Assembly (NCBI GenBank): GCA_000934665.2
Contig: JYFJ02001492.1
Coordinates: 1-64,000, forward strand
DNA: 64,000 nt
Direction: 5' to 3'
From: Catajapyx aquilonaris
Lineage: Eukaryota
Shown: one piece after another, positions 52,443 through 62,498 of the stretch
Position numbering within the stretch: the stretch's first letter is position 1
Layout: every line of letters starts with the position of its first letter
Program-made: the position numbers and the translations under genes
The notes under the pieces: model-generated
Seen by the model: only the letters and a program-made list of their open reading frames with translations
Told to the model about the DNA's origin: nothing
The model's database searches: none

Positions 52443-52997
52443 ATGGAACCCACCCGCCCAGCCCAATTGGTACCGCCAGCAATCAGCCTTCGCACACCAC
52501 AACAAGACGGAACATCATAGACTGTACCCGTAAGGAAGCGTGTGCCCAGGAGAACCCCCTACTTACGGTCGATCCTCATGGCAATAATTGCTGACAATGG
52601 TGGGAGGAATGGCGGCTGCGACCTGATAGTGGTGTCTCACAACATCTTCGGGATGCCCTTCCGGCCCTTCCTGTCACTCCAGCTACGGCAGCAGAAGACC
52701 CTCCTGGTCAAGGCCCTGAAGGAGGCAGTCGCTGATAGGTTAGTTAAGGTGTCCCTGTCAGGTAATCTGAGACTGACCATAGGCTGGCCCCCGATGAGCT
52801 GGAGTCAACCCTCATGGTGGACTGGAAGACCCAGGCAGGACAGCAGAACCCAGAGGGGAGCAGGGGTGGCGACAAGAGGGGCCACAATAAGTAGACGGAA
52901 GACACCAAGAAGTGGAGCGAACCCCAGATCAAATGCCTTATGGAATAAGTCATGTAAAAAATGCTTAATTGGAATATGTATACGTAAAGTCATTTAG
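52443..52997 (+). other. Orphan ORF of ~185 codons with one in-frame TAG (52518-52520); gene or young pseudogene
   Basis: MEPTRPAQLVPP...DGTS*TVPVRKRVPRR...IVVSHNIFGMPFRPFLSLQLRQQKTLLVKALKEAV...; GC3-rich codons, Arg-rich C-terminus; no family recognised. Confidence 0.4.
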
Positions 52998-53143
52998 GGC
53001 CGTTTTCTCGAACAGTGGTTCAAATATAAACCCGGTTCAAATCCGGTTTAAACCCGTGACAACAGCCTAACAACAATCAAATCAGGGATTAAACTGGCTT
53101 TGAACCCGGTTTACATTTGAACCACTATTCGAGAAAAGGGCCC
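52997..53143. mobile_element. PIF/Harbinger (Tourist)-like MITE
   Basis: TIR GGGCCGTTTTCTCGAACAGTGGTTCAAAT / ATTTGAACCACTATTCGAGAAAAGGGCCC; flanks TTA and TTT (imperfect 3-bp TSD). Confidence 0.75.
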
Positions 53144-55018
53144 TTTATGTGAAATTCAAATTGTGAAAATATATGATATTAAAATGCCAAAGTTTCATTT
53201 TTAAACCGTGGTTGACAACATTTGTTTACAAGAGTTCGGTGTCCAGGTACTAACTACCGTAACGTGAAAGAAGTTATTGGCATCGTGGTAAAGGGTTGTT
53301 TGTGTTGCTCGGAATATTTCCATGCCAAAACTAATAAGAAACGTCAGATTCTATCCTTACATTTTGTCTCACAGCAAATAACAACAAAGTTAAATGAAAA
53401 CCATATTGAAATAACAAATGAAAGTAAAGAAACCCTCACAAGCTATTTCCGTCAGACCAGTATGTATACAGTAGGGCTACTGTATTTCTCTCAGAGCCAA
53501 ACAGCTACATGACACTTTACCCAAACCATTTTCGTTCAAAGACATAGTTGTTGTTGTTGAACGAAAAGATACAATGGCCGAGAATTCTGTCGGACGAAAG
53601 ATCATTGCGTGATATTTTCAGTGGACAAGATGTCTTTGAACAAATGTGGGTCGGGCGAAGTGGTACGATACTGCACCTAACACCCAAGGCCACAATTTAC
53701 TATACAGTCAAATTCCCTCGTCCTAAAACTGAACAAGTGCCCATTTCCAGACATTTCCGATGCTGCCAGCCTTCACAAGTGTGTGTTAAGAATGTTGTCA
53801 AATCCATCTTCCATCATTTGAGGTGCATCAATCAGCTTAAGTGTTTTGGTGCACACTGATGGCTGGCAGCAACGGTTTTACCAAAGATTAGTGTACCAAA
53901 GGGGGAGTGAAAGTCATTTCTGCACTGTGCTCATTTAGCAGATGAAAAACGTGATTTTTATGTAACATGCACAGTTACCTTGCTAATAAGCCCCTGATGT
54001 GTGCCCCAAAAATGTGTAGTTAAGTTGAAAATAATTTCATTTTGTGGCAGGCACAAAGAGGCACAAGACATACAGGAATTAAAATCTCCAAGATTCCTCC
54101 AAGCTAGAATCGTCCACTAAAAGTCCAGAAATAAGGCAATTAAGTATCTGGTTCCCCCCAAAGTCATCAAAGGTTTTACTACCTGATCCAGAATTTACTG
54201 CCAGCCCACTGTCCCGCATTTGTCTCTCTCTCTCTCTTTTCCTCCTCCCCCCACAAGAAGATGTGGCCCTCCATAAATGGACATAGTAGCACAGCTACAC
54301 CATTCCAATGGTCTTGAGTTCGCTTGTGGGCCATTTGGTGCATCGAGACAATTATTTCAGGCTTAAAGCCTGCTCCCCTGGTGAAGGTAGGAAAAAAGGA
54401 GCCTTAAGTTGCCTTTCCCCAACACACTTCCCACAGTAGCTCAAACTAATTGCCAATATTCTTCACGATTTAAGTTCAAGTATAGTCTATAAATAGGCAG
54501 AAATCAATCCATTCTTAGTCAATGGAGCCACTTTTTTTAAACACCACATTGGTAGGGAGGACCGAGTATTCAGACCGATATGACAGGTCATACATACACA
54601 TGGAAGACACTGGGTATGATGCAATGTTGTTACCCAACCAAGTATCAGCAAAGATGTGGTTTACACCTCCAGACTATCCTTCACTGCTCCATCATTTTGT
54701 CTGCAGGAATAGGACACCACGTGTACACTGAATGCCTAATATTGGAAGTGGCAGGCATAATGATGGAGACAGACCTGGGCAGGAGCTCTTATAGTTCAAT
54801 GTATAACTGTTAATGTCCCTGTCCCAACATGACATGTACCTTAGCAAAAGGATCAGAATTGAAAGATAGTTGATACCCCTCCAATGCCAACTAAAAAGCG
54901 CCCTGCTCAATTCCTCACAAGAAGAAGAGCAAAATATCATGTGGTTATTGTGGTAAGCCATCTTTACAAAGAAGTATTTCTACATCAGAGTTTGCCCATA
55001 TCCCTTCCATGCAGTTAA

Positions 55019-56082
55019 CCCCTTCGGCCCCAGCCACCTAGAATCTCGGCGATGAGAACTCGGCCACGCAGTACAGTACCAGCTCTACCCGCCATCGCCT
55101 AGATTCTTTTCGCTTCCGTTCCACTTGCAAATAATGACTAGATATTTTACGAATAATAACAGCTATACTTTTACATTCATGTGTTGGAAACAATTTTACT
55201 CGCATAGAAGTCCGTAAATTAATTTCCAAAAAGATCGCCGCACAGTATACCCGCTATACTGTATTTCCGCCTCGATTTTCCCTCCTGTTCAACTTACAAG
55301 TACTGTGAAGGTAAGGGCAAGATATTTTACGAATAGTAAGATCTATACTTACCAGTTCATGCAAAACACAACGTATATGTATTGGAAACAATTTTCCTTG
55401 GCTATAAGTCCATAAATTAATTTCCAAAAGGATCGCCGTAAAAGATGAAAATCCAAGTAGGCTACTATTGGCCAACTGTTAGGCTAATTTAATTAAGAAA
55501 TACGTTAAAATATACAGAATAACAATCTTGAGAACCACGCCAGAAGGCTTTGTTGAAATCGTTGTACTTTCCGAGAAATAAATTATTACTTTTCTGCGAC
55601 TTGCCTGTCACTCAGTTCGGAAAACTCCCAAATTAGTTAGGGTGAAGTGGGGGAAGTGCACACCCGGGGTAAGTGCACATATTGCACTTCCCCCACTTCA
55701 CCCTATACTTATTTCACGAAAAGTACGACTATTTCAGCAAATTCATCTGGCACGCTTCTCAAGATTGTTATTCCGTATATTTTAACGTATTTCATAATTA
55801 AATCAGCCTAACAGTTGGCCGGCAGTACTCTAATTTCGAGTTTTTACAGCGATATTTTTGGAAATTAATTTCGGGACTTCTATGGGAGGAAAATTATTGT
55901 TTCCAACACATTCATAGTGTTTCCCAGGAATGGGTAAGTATAGCTGTTATTATTCGTAAAATGTCTTGTTCGTATCTTCAGTGCATCCGTAAGCGGAAAA
56001 CTAGGCGATGGTAGGTACAGCAGATGGTACTGCGCGGTAGAGTTCTCATTGCCTAGATTCTAGGTGGCTGGGGGTGGTAGGG
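55019..56082. mobile_element. ~1.06-kb fold-back element with TTAA TSD (piggyBac-like, non-autonomous)
   Basis: TTAA|CCC...GGG|TTAA; CCCCAGCCACCTAGAATCT / AGATTCTAGGTGGCTGGGG; inverted similarity runs almost to the centre; no ORF. Confidence 0.82.
55640..55703. mobile_element. Mini hairpin element nested in the TTAA element
   Basis: TA|GGGTGAAGTGGGGGAAGTGCA...TGCACTTCCCCCACTTCACCC|TA. Confidence 0.7.
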
Positions 56083-56460
56083 TTAAGAAAGTGATAAATT
56101 CTTGAGGAATACATGGGGTCTCAAAAGTATCAGTAGAATATATTCCAAGGTCATTCTATTATAGTCAAAAACGGCAACCTAGGATGTGCTGACACTGCAG
56201 ACATTTCATTATCATCGTCACATTTTCCCTATACGGGGTAGTCAGCGATAAAGGAGGCACAAGTTAACTCCACTTATTAACTAGAACTACATTCATATCA
56301 GTAAAACAAATATAACATAACCACAAACAAAATAATTAGAAAACCTAAAACAATATAATCTACTAGTAACATACCCTCACACCAGATACACATGTACTGG
56401 AGCACACGTGATACTACCGTTACCATTAGCCCTTGCCGTTACTCATCCCCGTTAATTAAC

Positions 56461-56852
56461 TTACACCATTTACACCTATCTAAGCAAACAACCTTAGCCT
56501 CAGCCACATGTATGATTCTCTTTACACATGAACATCAAGGCTTAACACTTGTGACCCACATGGTCCAACCATGTCTTTCTACGCGTAGGTCTACACTTAC
56601 CCCTCTTACCAACAACAGCACCAGAATAGACCTTCCTCATAATCTTATCCTGCTTCATCCTCTCCACATGGTCAAACCGTACCACCTTAGAGTAGATCTG
56701 TCGTATCTTTAAGTCTCCTCAACATTACACCACTGGTACTGCCACAAACAACCCCGAGATAACGCAAATCTGTAGCCAACACCTTGCTCTTATGCCTCTC
56801 TGTATGACCAAATGCACTCTTCACTACCATACGTAAAACATACCATTAAAAT
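56461..56852 (-). mobile_element. RTE-clade LINE relic (C-terminal ORF, frameshifted)
   Basis: The - strand translates in pieces to TYGSE, HKSKVLATDLRYL..VCG, LRW../FDHVERMKQDKIMRKVYSGAVVGKRGKCRP..KTWLDHV and AEAKVVCLDRCKW, matching the RTE motifs LLYGSE, LRWFGHV.RM, G.R.RGRP...W.D and A....DR..W. Confidence 0.85.
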
Positions 56853-57204
56853 GGGGAGGCGTGGTGGCCAAGTCGGCAACGGCTCGGCTTGCTGAGAGGT
56901 CCTGGGTTCGATCCCCACCTGGGAGTAGGCCTACCCTTTCACCTCCGTCAGGAGGGTATCTAACCCGCGCCTTGGAGGTGTCTGGCAACCTAACCTCCTG
57001 GGGCACTGCACATGGCCCATTTAACAACATTGCACTTGCACCCATGTCCTCTCCCCAAAAATTCCTATCCTTACCCACGTCCTTGATTCCTTGCACTGGA
57101 GATTGAAGTTAAAAAATCAGAAAACTTATGGTGGCATGCCACCCCCCAATAAGGGCACTGTTCTCTAGCATGGGGTAAAATAATTAAATCATAAATCATA
57201 ATAA
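56853..57204 (+). mobile_element. tRNA-derived SINE (family A), older copy inserted into the RTE relic
   Basis: TSD TAAAACA(T/A)ACCATTAAAAT at 56834-56852 and 57205-57223; A and B boxes; family-A body and tail. Confidence 0.9.
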
Positions 57205-57452
57205 TAAAACAAACCATTAAAATGATTTTAGCAGCTGGGTTATGGTTATGCTTACATGCAACAGCTGAATGCTCAATTTTTCAGTGTATTAATCCTGTAC
57301 TACGGAAATGGTCTGGACACTTGGGGGTAGGCTTCAGACTCGGGACCATTTCTGTGGCGATAGTACATCTGAGCTCTCTCATTATGCCAGCATTGTGGAG
57401 ATTTCAAAATATCATCATCACCATCACATTCGCCAGTGAAAGGGATAGCCCC

Positions 57453-57703
57453 ATTTCAGAGGTCGAAATATTCGGATGCAAAGGTGCAATAAGCAACTTT
57501 CACTCCAAAATTGTCATCTACACTCCAAACTGAGCCTTGGAGTGCAAAGTTTGCACTCCTATTGGCTCTGCTTTTAAACATGACTATACCCAGTATGGTA
57601 ATTAAAACTTAAGCACTCCAAGTAAGCAATTTGCACTCCAGATTCAAGTCTGGAGTTCAAACTTTGCATCTGGATAAAAATGTTTAAATTCGACCCCTGA
57701 AAT
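57453..57703. mobile_element. Possible degenerate MITE
   Basis: ATTTCAGAGGTCGAA / TTCGACCCCTGAAAT ends; internal repeats of (TG)CACTCC in both orientations. Confidence 0.45.
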
Positions 57704-57812
57704 CCTGTATATAGCATACACTTCTCGTAAAAGGTTCAATTCAGTTATAATACAACAGAGTCAATCTCAAAAGCTAAACATAACTTCCTATCGTGAACTG
57801 ATAATTTTGGTA

Positions 57813-57910
57813 CTATATCGCCCAAAAAGATAGAGACAATTTTGCATTTGACTCAAGTGCAACTTGCACTTGAATCAAATGCCAATAGTCTATCTTTTTG
57901 AGCGATATAG
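57813..57910. mobile_element. Palindromic mini-MITE
   Basis: TA|CTATATCGCCCAAAAAGATAGA...TCAAGTGCAA-C-TTGCACTTGA...TCTATCTTTTTGAGCGATATAG|TA. Confidence 0.8.
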
Positions 57911-59421
57911 TACATTACACCTTCTGATCAAGCTATTAATAGAAGACAACTACTGTACTACTGTTAGCACTGTAATTCCTTTGCAAAAAGCATTTGCCAC
58001 TGCAATGCATTGCCAGTGAATAATGAAGCATGGCCAAAAGTTTCTCTACAGATTGACATTAAACCTGATTCTTTCCTTTGCTCATTACCAAAGAACAGCC
58101 TCCACAGCCTACTCGTGGCCATGTAGTTTTGCGACACAGTAACAAATTAGCAGTTGTTCCACATTTTAGTCAATTATTATTATTATTATTTGTTGGAGAT
58201 GACTGTGTGACAGTACAACTTTATATGCTGAAAATGACCTTCCAACGTCACACAAAGCAACTAGATCATTCTTGAAAAGTTAAATGTCTTGTACAGCCAG
58301 ATCATCCGACAGGTCTATAGGCTGCAGCTTCTTCGCCATTCACAGGTTGAAGCGGGAGGAATGACTTGAACGGAAAACACGTAAAAAGTGCCGAAAATAT
58401 TACGCAAAGGCGTCAAAAAGGCGTAAATAGGTGAAAATAGGCGCTAATAGGTCATTTAGGTCCCAATGTCTGAAATAGGCCATTTCAGGTTTTATCAAAC
58501 TACGATTTTTGAAGTCCTTGTGTTATGAAACGGATAGATATTTTGTTCCGGTGTTCTGCCTACAAAATAAAAAGTAGGTAAAAACCTAGAAATCCGCTCT
58601 TTGCTCATTACACACTTTACATGTATGCATCAGGCATCACAACTCTGTGTAGGCACAGGTTCAGAGGATTTTAAAAGGCTCATGAAAATATGACAAACTG
58701 TTCCAGTTATCACGCCTCTCTCACGATGTTAGAAAGTTTTGTATTTACGTACAGCTGGACATCCACTAACATGATTTCTCAAAGCTTATGCATTAAGGCC
58801 ATTTCACAAAAAAAAAACGCGCGGCAAACGGAGCGCGTTGCAGCATATTTGTCGCGGGGCATATTATTGCCAATAATTAATAATAATTGGCGGGGCAGGC
58901 GCTTGCCGCTTGACGCTGCCGNATAGCAAACCCCCCCCTCCCCCCCCCCCAGTGCACAAAATGCTCCCTCTGAAATAATAATAAATATTTACGCTAAAAA
59001 ATGAAATAACTTGTGTATTTAATTCTTTCTGAACTCACATAGACTAGTTACACACACAAGCTGTAGGTTTTACAGTAACAATCACTGGAGACATTTTCTG
59101 AACCATTTCCTGTGCAACAGCTCACCAACAAAATAATACTTACAACGTGCCCAAAAAAATATGCACGTTACATAAATTAACAGTGTTAAGGTCAGCGAAA
59201 AATGTTTCTAACTGTAAAAATTAACCCATGTTGCTATTTCCTGTCATGCATTGTTATAAATGCAAAATATTATGCACTGATATGACTCCATCCTCGTGCA
59301 ATGGGAAGATGATGTTTCTCCAGTCTTTTTTTTTTTCCAAGCAAGCCCATTTTTGCAGATATTATCTGTGCCCTTTGAATTCTATCAGGCAAAAGGTCCC
59401 AAATTATCGGCATAGTTTAAG

Positions 59422-59463
59422 TTACTGCATCTTTGACATCTCAAACTTGGTCGTCATAATTTC
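59422..59463 (-). CDS. TMEM87: TMEM87-like terminal coding exon
   Basis: tttgcAG|GAA. Encodes EIMTTKFEMSKMQ-TAA, a typical TMEM87 C-terminus. Confidence 0.9.
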   Translation of the reverse strand, partial: EIMTTKFEMSKMQ

Positions 59464-59527
59464 CTGCAAAAAATCAAGGTTTTATATATTTAAGTACCAA
59501 AAGAGATGATTGCAACAGAATACTTAC

Positions 59528-59555
59528 CTCATCAGAATCCAATACTGGCAATGCA
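59528..59555 (-). CDS. TMEM87: TMEM87-like 28-nt exon
   Basis: ttttcAG|T and GAG|GTAAGT. Encodes (S)ALPVLDSDE; phase 2 in, phase 0 out. Confidence 0.88.
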
Positions 59556-59866
59556 CTGAAAAAATCATTCATTGTTAGCCAAAATGTGATACAGAATTTA
59601 CAGTCCTTCAAGAGAAAACATGCCATGGGGTAACAGGAAAACATCATTGCTGTGCACTAATTCTTGAAGTGAGGGAGGATCCAAGATGTCCTTGTACATT
59701 TCGGACTCACAAGTTGCCTGGTGACTCATTTTGATGGGAATTGTGGGTTGGGGTCACCCATTGTTAGAGAGATATAGACACCACTTCAGATCCTCTCTCA
59801 CACTGAAAATTAGTGTGCAGTGGTGATGTTTCCATGAGACATCATGGCATTCTTTCACTGAAGGAA

Positions 59867-60008
59867 CTATCGGGTTCAAATACTTTTGGCCACTTTATCC
59901 TGGTCTTGAAGCAACCCTTCACACAGACCCCACGCTAAGGAGGTGAGCGTGTGTGACAGGTTCCTTCAAGACCAGGATAAAGTGGCCAAAAGTATTTGAA
60001 CTTGAGAG
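59867..60008. mobile_element. Hairpin MITE family H, copy 3 (TMEM87 intron)
   Basis: GTTCAAATACTTTTGGCCACTTTATCCTGGTCTTGAAG / CTTCAAGACCAGGATAAAGTGGCCAAAAGTATTTGAAC. Confidence 0.88.
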
Positions 60009-60102
60009 AACATCAAAACACCATTACAAGTTAATAACTATTTTGACTGAGCCAAGCAATGCAACTGTAGGTAAGTTTCAGTGTATTATCTGAGCTATTC
60101 AC

Positions 60103-60155
60103 CTGTCAGCTATTGATGAAGGGATATGTTCTTCTATCCATTTAAGATCGTCTTC
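60103..60155 (-). CDS. TMEM87: TMEM87-like exon
   Basis: ctttgcAG|GAA and AG|GTGAAT. Encodes EDDLKWIEEHIPSSIAD (conserved EDDLKW.EE.IPS). Confidence 0.9.
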
Positions 60156-60220
60156 CTGCAAAGAAAAGGAGAATGAGAAGCCAGTGGTATATATGCACAT
60201 GTCATTTTAAAATCCATTAC

Positions 60221-60285
60221 CAAATTGGATGAATTTCTGTGTGAATTTGGTGAGTTGCTGCTCTTGCCCCTCAACTTCATGCCCT
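60221..60285 (-). CDS. TMEM87: TMEM87-like exon
   Basis: gtttcAG|AG and TTG|GTAATG. Encodes (E)GMKLRGKSSNSPNSHRNSSNL; phases 1 in, 0 out fit the neighbours. Follows a 71-nt intron. Confidence 0.82.
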
Positions 60286-60356
60286 CTGAAACAACACCCA
60301 AGTTTAGCTAATGGCCTTCATATGTTTTACATAACCTGCATGTTCCTCAACATTAC

Positions 60357-60531
60357 CAAAGGCATCGTTGACGCATTGCTCCTCATCCTCATCCTCTGGA
60401 TTGTCCAGCAGAGGTGTGAAAGCGTAGCGCTGGTTGTTATTAGTTGGCCTCCATAGGACCATGATGACCAGAAGGATTACTGAAAACAGTATGTGCCAGT
60501 AGGCCTGGTCCACCCAGAACTCCTTCCAGTC
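60357..60531 (-). CDS. TMEM87: TMEM87-like exon (last TM helix, start of acidic tail)
   Basis: tgtgcAG|GAC and G|GTAATG. Encodes [58 protein letters not shown] (LWRP..NNQRYAF.PL motif). Confidence 0.93.
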
Positions 60532-60774
60532 CTGCACAGAACACACAAATGGTACACATTGCAATTACTCACAAATAGCTACAGTACATGTAGGTGTGAC
60601 AAATGTAGCAACAATAGGAAAACATTAACAGCATGGTATGCTGAACAATAAAAGGACCTGTTCAAGGTTATCCTGAGTAGTCCCGCAACCCAAACGATAA
60701 AAATTAGGCTTGTAGTGTATATTCTATACATGGTCTTAGAAGAATAGGTCAGGTCACTCGCCACCATCTTGCAT

Positions 60775-60922
60775 GCCGTTATCCCTTCCCGCATTGGCGC
60801 TAGTATATCTGTAATAGAATCCCACTGTGGAACTCACTGTGCTGTCATTATGGCGCAGATAGTTCCACAGTGGGATTCCATTGCAGATATACTACATCGC
60901 CAATGTGGGAAGAGATAACGGC
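60775..60922. repeat. Imperfect long hairpin in TMEM87 intron (probable MITE)
   Basis: GCCGTTATC..CATTGGCG.TAGTATATCTG.AAT.GAATCCCACTGTGGAACT and its reverse complement. Confidence 0.8.
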
Positions 60923-62274
60923 GCAGCTTTTTCTATTAGCCTGGGATAAAAGTGACAGGGGGCTGATGCTATGCACCTAGTTTTACGCTGAAGGCCGCTG
61001 TGTTCGCCACTCACTGTATCTTTGACGTGGTAGGTGTTGCTACCTAGCAGCCTTAGTAGTAATTATTCAAAAATGTTGCCACAAGTTGAACTGTTTGAGT
61101 AGTAGAATCGGACATACAAAAATTCATGTTTTTCGTACACCATAAAAATGTTGTAAGAATATTCGCATGGGTCAAATGCTTCACGAGTCTCCAACATGCG
61201 AAATGCAAACCCGCATCTCTCCAGAGACCCTCAAAAATAGAGAGAAGAGAGAGAGAGGGATGGATTCAAGATGGTGTTCGTTGGCAAAGCAGGCCAAACC
61301 CTTCCTCCAAACTGTGGGTGGTGAGCTGTCTGAACCGGTCTGAACGGATCAGCTGGTGGAGACAATGTATTAGAGTGGCTTGACAGCAGCCATTTTGATC
61401 CAACTCTCCTACATTGCCGAGGTTCTGTGATATGTCCACTCTAAAATGCACAAATCACTGTGCCATGTGTCAGGATAACTTTGAACAGGTCCTTTCAAAA
61501 AGATGGGGGGGGGGGTACACATTATTAATAGNAAGAGAAGAGAGAGAGAGAGAGAGGGATTTTGCGTACTTTAATAATATCACGTGCCCATATCCTCGAC
61601 AGCTAATAAGCTATTATGAATTCATTTGGCACCGTTTCGGCACACTAATTAGAAACTTGAGCAGTGTTGACAGCTTACTATTTTGGTGCATTACTGTGCA
61701 AGTTGCGTAGTGGTTGGAGGGAGTGGCATATTATGAAGCCACACGTGAGAGCTTCTCTGCTATTGGCTTCCTATCTCTCCCTACAGTGATTGTATCAGTG
61801 ACATAGCTATGCCTTTAGCAAAAGACAAGTGAAACACTATAATCATGGCAATTGCAACCAATTATCGTTATTGTGGCTTTTAAAACACTCTGAAAATATA
61901 CATAGTCCAATCATGCTGTTGCGGATGATCCCAGCTGCATACTATTTAAAAAATAGATGAGCTCTAAGCATGCTTCCCTTACTTTAAAAATTTTGATATC
62001 AGAGTTGATCTTATTTTATGGGCCAATACATGGGGTAAACAGCCATGTTGCTCAAGTGAAGTGTCAATTTTTGTAAAGGCTTTATGGCTACACGGAGTCA
62101 TTGATATGACAAACTTAGGGCAAATTCAACATTTTCATAATTTTACAGGAGAGCCAAAAGAAACCTGCTAACAGCTATACAAATGCATAGGATGGAGTTT
62201 TGATTTTCCGTTATAACTCGGATTCCACTTGTTCCATGGGTTCAACAGTTTCTTCAGAATGTGACCCAACACTT

Positions 62275-62498
62275 GAGTGGCTGAGAAGCAGAGTGGTTCA
62301 TGTCGAAAAAGCTAGTTTTGAGATATATGCATTCAAAGTTCTAGGCTTGCCTTGCAGCCAATGTAAAAGTAAGTCACATTAACTTAATAATTTGATCAGC
62401 AAATATTACAAATGTCTTCAGGCCAAGTTACAACACAGAGAAGCGACAACTCAAAATGGCCGAATTTCGACATGAACCACTTTGCTTCTCAGCCACTC
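62275..62498. mobile_element. MITE with GAG termini and 4-bp TSD (Sola-like)
   Basis: ACTT|GAGTGGCTGAGAAGCAGAGTGGTTCATGTCGAAA...TTTCGACATGAACCACTTTGCTTCTCAGCCACTC|ACTT. Confidence 0.85.

Noticed and set aside
58340..58610. AATAGG-repeat-rich segment resembling a non-autonomous element end
   Set aside because: No termini or second copy in the window to define it.
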